Part shown: positions 48,444 to 56,420 of the stretch, one piece after another
Numbering within the stretch: the first letter of the stretch is position 1
How the letters are laid out: the number at the start of each line of letters is the position of its first letter
Origin: Acidimicrobiia bacterium
GTDB taxonomy: Bacteria; Actinomycetota; Acidimicrobiia; Spongiisociales; ZC4RG35
Assembly: GCA_035250485.1 (NCBI GenBank)
Contig: DATFFB010000214.1
Span: forward strand, 8,197 to 72,196
Direction: 5' to 3'
DNA length: 64,000 bases
Notes under the pieces: model-generated
Databases searched by the model: none
The model's input: the letters and a program-made list of their open reading frames with translations, nothing else
Told to the model about the DNA's origin: nothing
Translations under genes and position numbers: made by a program

Positions 48444-49315
48444 CTGCCTCCTCGCCATACCCTCCGCAGGTGGCAGATGCCTCCGCTCCCGCCTCCTCGG
48501 CCAACCTGGGGCCGGGCTTCGACGTGCTGGCACTTGCGCTCGAGCTGCGGTGTCGGGTGCGAGCGGTACCGGCCCCGGAGTGGGCAATCGAACATGTCGG
48601 AGAGGAGCGGCCGGAAGGCTCAGCAGACGCAGTCTTGGTGGCGGCGCAGCGCGCGGTCGGCATCGAACACCCCTTGCGATTGACCGTCGACAACCAGATA
48701 CCGATCGGCAAGGGGCTCGGATCGTCGGCTGCCGCCGCAACCGCCGGCGCAGTCGCCGCGTGGCGGGCGCTCGGAGAGGAACCGGAAGATCGCCAAGTCT
48801 TCGATCTAGTCGCGGCGATGGAGGACCACCCCGATAACGCCGCCGCCTCTGTCTATGGCGGCCTGGTGCTGTGTGCCCACGACGGGTCGGTGCTGCGCCT
48901 TCCGTTGCACCCGGGGCTAATACCGCTGGTGGCGGTTCCCGACTCCACGCTCGCCACCAATGAAGCCCGGGCGGCGCTGCCCGATCGTCTGGAACGAGCG
49001 ACGGTGGTTCGTTCACTCAGCCGGCTGGCGGCTCTGGTGGCCGGGTTGATGAGCGGGGACGAGCATTTGTTGGCTGCTGCGGCCGGCGACGAGATGCACG
49101 AAACCCCCCGCAACTCGCTTCGACCTGAGGCCGGAGAGGCGGTGGCCGCAGCCCGTGCTGCAGGCGCAGCTCATGCTTCCTGGTCCGGTTCGGGGCCGGC
49201 GGTGGTAGCGTTGGTTGATCCAGCAAACGTTGTAAGAGTGGCGCGGGCCCTCGAATCAGCCATCGCCGGTGGCAGGGTGCTGGAGTTGAAAGTGGCCGCT
49301 ACTGGCTACGAGTAA
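48440..49315 (+). CDS. thrB: Homoserine kinase
   Basis: GHMP-kinase motifs (…SSANLGPGFD…, …PIGKGLGSSAAA…). TTG at 48440 overlaps the phzF-like stop; an alternative GTG lies at 48470. Confidence 0.88.
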   Translation: MTASSPYPPQVADASAPASSANLGPGFDVLALALELRCRVRAVPAPEWAIEHVGEERPEGSADAVLVAAQRAVGIEHPLRLTVDNQIPIGKGLGSSAAAATAGAVAAWRALGEEPEDRQVFDLVAAMEDHPDNAAASVYGGLVLCAHDGSVLRLPLHPGLIPLVAVPDSTLATNEARAALPDRLERATVVRSLSRLAALVAGLMSGDEHLLAAAAGDEMHETPRNSLRPEAGEAVAAARAAGAAHASWSGSGPAVVALVDPANVVRVARALESAIAGGRVLELKVAATGYE

Positions 49316-49399
49316 TAACCCAGATGCCTGTTGGTTTTGACCGACTGAGCCTGGGGCGGCCAAGCTAGTTCCGTACTAATCAATCACGTTTGAGGATCC

Positions 49400-49489
49400 A
49401 TGGGTTCATTGATCAAAAAGAGACGCAAGAAGATGTCCAAGCACAAGTATCGCAAGCGTCTCAAGGCCAACCGCCACAAGAAGAAGTAA
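49400..49489 (+). CDS. Ribosomal protein bS22-like micro-protein (29 aa)
   Basis: MGSLIKKRRKKMSKHKYRKRLKANRHKKK: highly basic, MGS(V/L)IKKRRK(R)MSKKK… pattern of actinobacterial bS22. Preceded by gaggatcc (weak RBS). Not in the supplied ORF track because it is under the length cut-off. Confidence 0.6.
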   Translation: MGSLIKKRRKKMSKHKYRKRLKANRHKKK

Positions 49490-49554
49490 CGAATCACCAC
49501 GTTCTCTGGGCGGGAAGGTAGCCAGGGCCGCCCGGCGAGCCCTGGGCTCGGATC

Positions 49555-50289
49555 ATGACGGTGTCGTACCGGCGAGAGGGGCCGGTGGCAATCGTCACCG
49601 TTGATCGGCCGGAGCGGCGGAATGCCATCGATCTGGCGGCTGCCGAGTCGTTGCGGGCTTGTTGGGAGCAATTCGACTCCGACGACGACGCCCAGGTCGG
49701 AATCCTTTATGGCGAGGGGGGTCACTTCTCCGCTGGAGCCGATCTCAAGGCCTTCGATCTGGTCGACAATCCCGATGGTTACCTCGGTTTTACGCGCACC
49801 AACGTGGGCAAGCCCACGATCGCCGCCGTCGAGGGTTATTGCGTTGCCGGGGGCCTGGAGATGGCTCTCTGGTGCGACCTTCGGGTTGCCTCGGAAGCGG
49901 CGGTGTTCGGCTGCTTCGAGCGCCGGTTTGGCGTTCCCTTGATCGACGGAGGAACCCAACGGCTGCCGTTGATCATCGGTCGGGGGCGGGCGCTCGACCT
50001 GGTGCTCACCGGGAGAGAGGTTGATGCCAACGAAGCTTTGGCGATCGGGCTCGTAAATCGCGTGGTGCCGACAGGGAAGGCTCTCGGAGCCAGCATCGCT
50101 TTGGCGGAATCGATCGCTGCTCATCCTCAGATCACAGTTCGCAGCGATCGAGCCGCGCTTTTGCGGGGAGTCGAGCTCCGGCTCGATGTTGAGCGACAGC
50201 TGGGACTCGAAGCGTTAGGGCAACGCGGGGCTGAAGGGATCGAGTGGTTTAGGTCGGGTGATGGTCGGGGCGGGAGACGGGTCGACTAG
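49555..50289 (+). CDS. Enoyl-CoA hydratase/isomerase family protein
   Basis: Crotonase fold motifs (…AIDLAAAESL…, …GEGGHFSAGADL…, …AAVEGYCVAGGLEMAL…). Confidence 0.9.
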   Translation: MTVSYRREGPVAIVTVDRPERRNAIDLAAAESLRACWEQFDSDDDAQVGILYGEGGHFSAGADLKAFDLVDNPDGYLGFTRTNVGKPTIAAVEGYCVAGGLEMALWCDLRVASEAAVFGCFERRFGVPLIDGGTQRLPLIIGRGRALDLVLTGREVDANEALAIGLVNRVVPTGKALGASIALAESIAAHPQITVRSDRAALLRGVELRLDVERQLGLEALGQRGAEGIEWFRSGDGRGGRRVD

Positions 50290-51113
50290 TGGTCTTTGAG
50301 GAACCGCTCGATCTCGTCGACCAGGTCGCCACCGGTGTCCCGCTCGTCTTCGATTTCGGCTTCGAGCTTGCGCACGTACTGGGTTAGCTCTTCGTTACGA
50401 GCCAGAGCCGCATCCACGGAGAGCCGGAACTCGATGCTGGCGGCGGCAAGGTCGGAGGTAGCGATATCTATGCCGAGCACCTCTCCGGCTTTCCGCACCA
50501 GCGCATATGTGGCAGGTGGGTAGTCGGCACCACCTAGGTAATGAGGCACGGCAGCCCAAATTGACATAGTCTCAAAACCGGCTTCGCCGAGTTGCTGGGT
50601 GAGCACTCCGACAATGCCAGTCGGACCTTCGTAGTTGGTCGACGCGATCTCGTGCCCGGCCAGAATCTCTGGGTTAGGGCTTGACCCCACCAGGGGCGTG
50701 GGGCGGCTGTGAGGTACTTGTCCCAAGAAGGCGCCGAGCAGGACGACGCGATCAACACCGATCGACCCCAGGACCTCGGCCACGGCCTCGCCGAATGCTC
50801 GCCACCGCAGGTTGGGCTCTTCTCCCAGGAGGACAACCACGTCGCGGTCGGGAAGGTGCAGGGCGTGAAACTCGTTGCGCGGCCAGTGCACCATGCGCAT
50901 TCCGGAGTCGACAAACTCCACTTGTGGACGGGTGTCGGTGAAGTTATAGAACTCGTCGGGATCGATTAGGGCGAAGGCGTCGCCTTCGATTGTGGCGATC
51001 AAATGAGCAGCTGCTGATGTCGAGCAGTTGCCGGCATCACCCCAGCCGGAAAATGCGATCACCGCTACCGGCGAGCGCAGCTCCGGATGGCGAAACCACT
51101 CGACGCTTGCCAT
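50286..51113 (-). CDS. PAC2-family (proteasome assembly chaperone-like) protein
   Basis: 275 aa resembling the actinobacterial PAC2 family (…VAVIAFSGWGDAGN…). Confidence 0.8.
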   Translation of the reverse strand: MASVEWFRHPELRSPVAVIAFSGWGDAGNCSTSAAAHLIATIEGDAFALIDPDEFYNFTDTRPQVEFVDSGMRMVHWPRNEFHALHLPDRDVVVLLGEEPNLRWRAFGEAVAEVLGSIGVDRVVLLGAFLGQVPHSRPTPLVGSSPNPEILAGHEIASTNYEGPTGIVGVLTQQLGEAGFETMSIWAAVPHYLGGADYPPATYALVRKAGEVLGIDIATSDLAAASIEFRLSVDAALARNEELTQYVRKLEAEIEDERDTGGDLVDEIERFLKDH

Positions 51114-51144
51114 GCGGACACCCTACCGGCCCCGTCGTTTTGCG

Positions 51145-53265
51145 TCACGTGATTGTCGGGTTTGCTCGCCGGAGGCGCAGGCTGTTGATAACCACCGACA
51201 CCGACGACAGCGCCATTGCCCCCGCCGCGATCATTGGATCGAGAAAGCCGAAGGCGGCCAGCGGAATCGCCGCCACGTTGTATGCGAAGGCCCAGAAGAG
51301 GTTCTGGCGAATGACCGCCAGGGTTCTCCGGGCCAACTTCAGCGCCGTGGGGACGAGGGCGGGGTCGCCGGACATCAACACCACGTTGGCGGTCTCAATC
51401 GCGACGTCGGTGCCTGTCCCGATGGCAATTCCGAGATCGGCTGTGATCAGCGCCGGAGCGTCGTTGATGCCGTCGCCGACGAAGGCGACTTGTCCCTGAG
51501 TTTGCCAGCGTCTGATCTCATCAGCTTTCTCGCCCGGCAGGACCTCTGGGACGACGTCGACGATGTCGAGGTCTTCGGCGATGGCGGAGGCAGTTCGGGA
51601 ATTATCACCCGTGAGCATGGCAACCCTCAGGCCCATCGCTCGCAGGGTTGCAACTGCAGCTGTCGAGGTCGGCCTAAGTTCGTCGGCTACTGCCAGAACG
51701 GCTCGCGCCTCACCGCGGTATCCGGCGAGAAACGCCGTCTTTCCCTCCGCTTCGAAGCGGGCCATGGCGTCGAGCCGGTCATCGGAGATCTGGAGCCCAC
51801 GGTCGGCTAGCAGCTTGGGCTTGCCGGCGACGATCTCGATCCCACCGGCCCAACCGATCACTCCCAGGCCGCCCCGGGACTCGACGTCGGTTGCCTCTCC
51901 CACCACCAAGCCCCGCTGCTCCGCGCCCAGAGCGACGGCCTTGCCGATTGGGTGACCGCTGGCGGCCTCGATCGCCGCCACCAGCGGAAGCAGAAAGTCG
52001 GGGTCCTCATCAGTCACCACGTCGGTGAGCGTCATCGCCCCGGTGGTCAAAGTTCCGGTCTTATCGAAGACGAGTGTCTCGATTCGCTGAGCTCGTTCGA
52101 AGACCTCGGGATTCTTGAACAGCACCCCCAGCTCGGCGGCGCGGCCGCTCCCGACCATGATCGCCGTCGGAGTGGCCAATCCGAGAGCACACGGGCAGGC
52201 GATGATCAAAACGGCTACCGCGGCCCGCACAGAGTCTGCGGCCGGATGACCGGTGGCCAGCCAGACAATGAGAGTGATAAGCGCGATTGAGATGACAAGG
52301 GGGACGAAGACCGAAGAGATGCGATCGGCCAGGCGCTGTACTGGAGCCTTTCCTGATTGCGCCTCCTCAACCAGGGCGATGATGCGATGCAGCGCATCTT
52401 CTTCGCCGACCCTGGTGGCCTTGACCAGGACCAGACGTTCTTGGTTGATCGTGGCCCCCAGAACGTCCTCGCCTTCTCCCTTTGAGATGCCGGTGGATTC
52501 GCCGGTGAGCATGGACTCGTCGAACGATGAGTGTCCCTCGATGATGACGCCGTCGGTCGGCACCTTCTCGCCTGGTCGCACCACCATCACGTCTCCGGGA
52601 ATTAGCTCCTCGATGTCCACAATCCGATCGCCCTGGCTGGTGCGGATCGTCGCCTGTTGAGCGCCCAACTCGAGGAGGGCGGTCAAAGCCTGGCCGGCCC
52701 GACCCTTGGCTCGTGCCTCGAGTGCTCGACCGAGCGTGATGAGGGTGACGATGATCGCTGCCGTTTCAAAGAAGACCTCGCCCTGGTTGAAAAGCGCCCA
52801 CACCGACCAGATGAAGGCCACCAGAGAACCGAGCGAGATGAGGGTGTCCATCCCCACCGAAAACGATCGCGCTTGTTTCCAAGCCACACGATGGAATTGA
52901 GCGCCGATGCCAAGCACGACCGGGGCGGTAAGAGCGAGCTGCAGCCAGCGGAGGCCGCTGTCATCCATCCCCCCGACCATGGCGATGATCATCGCCGGAA
53001 AGGAGAGGATGGCCGCGATCCAAAACCGGCGCCACTGAGCCTTCTCCTCGGCGTCGTGTCGCACTCGGGATCGGGTGTGGTCGCCCACGTCGGCCACTGA
53101 GAGGCCGTATCCGATCTTCGAAACCGCTTCGATCAGGTCACCGGGCTGGGATTCCGATAATCGCACCTTGGCTCGGGCGGCGGCCAGGTTGACTGTCGCA
53201 CTCTCCACTCCCGGTTGGCGCGCCAGAACGCGTTCGATACGAGCCGCGCACGAGGCACAGGTCAT
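51145..53265 (-). CDS. copA: Copper-translocating P1B-type ATPase
   Basis: GMTCASC metal-binding site, CPC transmembrane motif, DKTGT phosphorylation site and HP / GDGxND motifs. The first ATG is the Met of GMTCASC; the upstream in-frame region encodes the missing HMA beta-strand but has no canonical start. Confidence 0.93.
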   Translation of the reverse strand: MTCASCAARIERVLARQPGVESATVNLAAARAKVRLSESQPGDLIEAVSKIGYGLSVADVGDHTRSRVRHDAEEKAQWRRFWIAAILSFPAMIIAMVGGMDDSGLRWLQLALTAPVVLGIGAQFHRVAWKQARSFSVGMDTLISLGSLVAFIWSVWALFNQGEVFFETAAIIVTLITLGRALEARAKGRAGQALTALLELGAQQATIRTSQGDRIVDIEELIPGDVMVVRPGEKVPTDGVIIEGHSSFDESMLTGESTGISKGEGEDVLGATINQERLVLVKATRVGEEDALHRIIALVEEAQSGKAPVQRLADRISSVFVPLVISIALITLIVWLATGHPAADSVRAAVAVLIIACPCALGLATPTAIMVGSGRAAELGVLFKNPEVFERAQRIETLVFDKTGTLTTGAMTLTDVVTDEDPDFLLPLVAAIEAASGHPIGKAVALGAEQRGLVVGEATDVESRGGLGVIGWAGGIEIVAGKPKLLADRGLQISDDRLDAMARFEAEGKTAFLAGYRGEARAVLAVADELRPTSTAAVATLRAMGLRVAMLTGDNSRTASAIAEDLDIVDVVPEVLPGEKADEIRRWQTQGQVAFVGDGINDAPALITADLGIAIGTGTDVAIETANVVLMSGDPALVPTALKLARRTLAVIRQNLFWAFAYNVAAIPLAAFGFLDPMIAAGAMALSSVSVVINSLRLRRANPTIT

Positions 53266-53309
53266 CCCCTCGACGTCGAAGGTCAGGGTTTCAGACTGCT
53301 TGGTGTCCG

Positions 53310-53516
53310 TTATGGAGCCACCTCATAGCCGGCTTCGTCGAGGGTGGCGACGATCTCGTTAAGGGTTACCGCGCTGTCGTCGAAGTCGATCGCCACGGTC
53401 CGCTGGTCGATGTCGACTGCAACCGTTCCGATGCCTTGGAGCTGACCCACCGCCCCCTCGATCGTCTTCTTGCAGTGATCGCAGGAGATTCCAGGGACAT
53501 TCAAGGTGGTGTTCAT
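53310..53516 (-). CDS. copZ: Copper chaperone CopZ (HMA domain)
   Basis: MNTTLNVPGISCDHCKKTIE…, 68 aa, CxxC motif. Confidence 0.88.
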   Translation of the reverse strand: MNTTLNVPGISCDHCKKTIEGAVGQLQGIGTVAVDIDQRTVAIDFDDSAVTLNEIVATLDEAGYEVAP

Positions 53517-53806
53517 ATCGCTTCCTTTCCGGGTCCCGTCACGGCCCGGGTGTACTTCAGGGTTTCCATGAGCTCATCGATCATCTCGGCGGACCTGCCA
53601 GAGCGGATCGCCTCGGTGACGCAGGTCTCGAGGTGGTTTTGGAGGACGACCCGGTTCACCTTCTCAAGCGATGCCTGAAGGGCGGAGACCTGTTTCATCA
53701 CCTCCGGGCAGTATCGATCGTCCTCGACCATGCCGATGACGGCGTCGAGGTGGCCCCGCACGGTCCGCAAACGGTTGAGAGCCGAAGTCCGGTGGGAAAC
53801 GTTCAT
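53513..53806 (-). CDS. csoR: CsoR-family copper-sensing transcriptional repressor
   Basis: 97 aa alpha-helical protein with the CsoR/RcnR W-X-Y-Z fingerprint (…YCPEVMKQ…HLETC…). First gene of the cop operon. Confidence 0.88.
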   Translation of the reverse strand: MNVSHRTSALNRLRTVRGHLDAVIGMVEDDRYCPEVMKQVSALQASLEKVNRVVLQNHLETCVTEAIRSGRSAEMIDELMETLKYTRAVTGPGKEAI

Positions 53807-53817
53807 GACCCTTATCC

Positions 53818-53837
53818 TACCCCACCCGGGGTGGGTT
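53818..53837. promoter_or_regulatory. Candidate CsoR operator (GC-rich pseudo-palindrome)
   Basis: taCCCCACCCGGGGTGGGtt lies 12 nt upstream of the csoR start. It resembles known CsoR operators (TACCC-N-GGGGTA-like inverted G/C tracts). Confidence 0.55.
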
Positions 53838-53869
53838 CGGAGAACTCTGGATCCGAGTCTGGCAAAGGC

Positions 53870-53900
53870 GAGGCCCCGGCGGAGGGGACGCCGGGGCCTC
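53870..53900 (-). terminator. Strong hairpin terminator between the small zinc-ribbon gene and the csoR operon
   Basis: GAGGCCCCGGCG-gagggga-CGCCGGGGCCTC: perfect 12-bp stem followed by tctctttct on the plus strand. Confidence 0.55.
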
Positions 53901-53963
53901 TCTTTCTAGGATTCGCAGTGTCGGGGGAGGGGGAGAGAACCTGACCCAGCGCTCCTAGAAGTC

Positions 53964-54158
53964 TCAGGTCCCTTCGGGGAGAATCCGGCCTCGAACCCGA
54001 GGAAAGCGGACGGGGGCATGGGCGTAGCAATAGTCACGACGGTTGTATTGGCTCAGCCTGGTCTCGCACTCCTTGTGGGAGCAGACCCGATCCTGGGCGT
54101 AACGACGCGATGGACGGGTCATCCCCCGTATCGCTGATCCTTTAAGTGTATCTGACAT
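53964..54158 (-). CDS. Small hypothetical protein with Cys/His cluster (possible zinc ribbon)
   Basis: 64 aa, …VCSHKECETRLSQYNRRDYCYAH…. Good RBS (gaaggagg) 8 nt upstream of the ATG. Confidence 0.5.
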   Translation of the reverse strand: MSDTLKGSAIRGMTRPSRRYAQDRVCSHKECETRLSQYNRRDYCYAHAPVRFPRVRGRILPEGT

Positions 54159-54381
54159 AGGTTGGGCCTCCTTCCTGGCGGCCTTAACGGATACAACAGA
54201 TCTATCCGATCAATTCTTCCGCTATGCCAGGTTCCCAACACGCCCCTCTCCCAAACAAAGTGGCCCCTTGTTGGCAGAGGCGCCCACCGGTCCTGGCCCG
54301 GGTCTCCACCAGTCTTACTGCACCTGGTTAAACGCCCCTTAAAGGGCTAAATCCCTTCGGGGAGTTCTCTCCCTTATACGC

Positions 54382-56346
54382 CTAGACCGGGGGTTCGGTT
54401 CCCATCCCGAGTTTGCGGAGAAAGGCTTCGTTGTTGGGTTCGCGGCCGAGAAAGGCCCGTAAGTGCTCCATCCCGTCCCGGCTCCCACCCCGCTCGAGAA
54501 CCTCCCGGCGGTAATCGGCGCCGACCTCGGGATTGGTGACCCCTTCTTTCTCGAACCGGCTCCACATGTCGTCCCCGTACACCTCCGACCAGAGATAGCC
54601 GTAGTAGCCGGCGTCATATCCCCCCAATAGGTGTCCAAAGGACGCCGGATAGAAGGTGTCGGGGTGGACCGGAAAGAGACTGACTTGCGTCGAGCGGACG
54701 TGGATATCGTCGAGGTCCTTTTGCGGTGTCTCGTCGTGCATCCACATGTCGAGCAGCCCGAATTGGGCCTGGCGCAGTGTCAGCAAGGCAATGTTGAGGT
54801 TCTTGGCGGCGGTGAGCTGGGAGACCAGCTCGGGCGGGATCGGTTGACCGGATTGATAGTGACGGGCGAAGCGGGCCAAGACCTGGGGCTGCCAGGTCCA
54901 GTTCTCCATGATCTGGCTGGGGGCCTCGACGAAGTCGCCCTCCGTGGAGGTGCCGGAGAACTTGGTGAGCTCGGCCCTGGTCAGGGTTTGATGGAGAATG
55001 TGGCCGAACTCGTGAAAGAAGGTCTCGACCTCTTGGTGCTGGAGGAGGGAAGGTCGTTCGGTCCCGGGCTTGGTGAAGTTCGCGACGATCGCCGCCATTG
55101 GCTTCTGGTAGCTGCCGTCGGCAAGCCGACGTCCGGGAATCAGCGGGAAGGCGGCGGCATGGCTGAACTTTCCCTCCCGCGGGAAGAGATCCATGAAGAA
55201 ATGGGCGATTTCTTGGCCGGTGGCGTCGTCGTCGATGGCATAGGCGAGAACGTCTGGGTGCCAGGAAGGTCGATCGACCTTCCGATAACGGAGCCCGAAG
55301 ACCTCGCCGGTCAGCTCGAGCATCCCGTCGAGGACTTGCTGGAGAGGGAAGTGAGCCGCCACTTCGGTCGGGTCGACGCCATAGTCGCGCCGGCGAAGCT
55401 GGGTGTCGTAGTAACGGAAGTCGTAGCCCTGGAGCTCGCCGTCGAACCCATCGGCTCGCAGCATCTCGGTGAGCTTTCCGAGCTCGGTTTGGCCGATCTC
55501 GGAAAGACCGGGGAGCAGGGCGGCGTAGAAGGAGCGGACCGCCTCTGGATTCTTGGCCATCTTCTCTTCGAGCTGGTGGTGCGCCCACGAAGGTTGAGAG
55601 AAGATCTCGGCGATCCTCTGACGCGCCGCGATTGCTTCCTCGAGTAGCGGTCGGTTGGGTTCAACTGCTCGACTGTTGAACTTACGGGAGAGCTCCTCGC
55701 GGAGATCGCGGCGGGGTGAGTTCTCCATGAACGGGACCACGTCGGGATACGCCATGGTCACCTTTAACGTGCCCTCGGTGTCTCCGGCTTCAAGTCCCTC
55801 GATATAGGACTCCGGCATCCCCTCGAGATCATCCCGGGTGACCAGTAGGTGGTCTTGATGCTCGTCGATGTTGCGCTGGAAGAGCACTCCCAGCTCAACC
55901 AGTCGCTCGGTGAGCTTTTTGACCTCGGCCCGCGAGTCATCGTCGAGCTCGTGTCCCGCCTTGCGCAGGTCCCGGAGGAGAAACTCGAGCATCCGGCGGC
56001 GCTCACCTGTTAGGCCTGCGGCCTCCGGGGATTCCGAGTAGGACTTGATGGCGCGGTAGAAATCAGGCCGAAAGACCAGCTCCACGGCCCACTTCTGGAT
56101 TCGCTCCTCGGCGGCATTGCCGGCATCGCGGACCTCCTTCTCGGTGTGGACATAACCCATGAATGCTGTCCGGCCATAGGTACGAACCAATAGATCCTCG
56201 ATGTCGTTCAGCGGAGCAAGAACGCTGTCGTAAGTGGCTTCGGCCGTCGGATCCACGACTCCGGCCACGAGTCGATCCGCTTCAGAAAGGGCGGCGTCGA
56301 GATCCTCACTGATCCCCGAAGCGGTCACCTGGGTGTAGTCGAACAT
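54382..56346 (-). CDS. M3-family oligoendopeptidase / peptidyl-dipeptidase
   Basis: HEFGH zinc motif (…FFHEFGHILHQ…) and M3 fold, 654 aa. Confidence 0.9.
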   Translation of the reverse strand: MFDYTQVTASGISEDLDAALSEADRLVAGVVDPTAEATYDSVLAPLNDIEDLLVRTYGRTAFMGYVHTEKEVRDAGNAAEERIQKWAVELVFRPDFYRAIKSYSESPEAAGLTGERRRMLEFLLRDLRKAGHELDDDSRAEVKKLTERLVELGVLFQRNIDEHQDHLLVTRDDLEGMPESYIEGLEAGDTEGTLKVTMAYPDVVPFMENSPRRDLREELSRKFNSRAVEPNRPLLEEAIAARQRIAEIFSQPSWAHHQLEEKMAKNPEAVRSFYAALLPGLSEIGQTELGKLTEMLRADGFDGELQGYDFRYYDTQLRRRDYGVDPTEVAAHFPLQQVLDGMLELTGEVFGLRYRKVDRPSWHPDVLAYAIDDDATGQEIAHFFMDLFPREGKFSHAAAFPLIPGRRLADGSYQKPMAAIVANFTKPGTERPSLLQHQEVETFFHEFGHILHQTLTRAELTKFSGTSTEGDFVEAPSQIMENWTWQPQVLARFARHYQSGQPIPPELVSQLTAAKNLNIALLTLRQAQFGLLDMWMHDETPQKDLDDIHVRSTQVSLFPVHPDTFYPASFGHLLGGYDAGYYGYLWSEVYGDDMWSRFEKEGVTNPEVGADYRREVLERGGSRDGMEHLRAFLGREPNNEAFLRKLGMGTEPPV

Positions 56347-56420
56347 TGCCCGAAGATATCAGACGCCGGATTTCAGAAGACAAAAGCAAAAGACATCAGA
56401 TATCAGATGTCAGACTTCAG
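56347..56420. repeat. Dispersed AT-rich heptamer-repeat element, copy D ((TCAGAY)n-rich, no hairpin)
   Basis: gatatcagacgccggatttcagaagacaaaagcaaaagacatcagatatcagatgtcagacttcagatga. Fills the 70-bp gap between the amidohydrolase stop (which it overlaps) and the M3 peptidase start inside a minus-strand operon. Confidence 0.6.
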
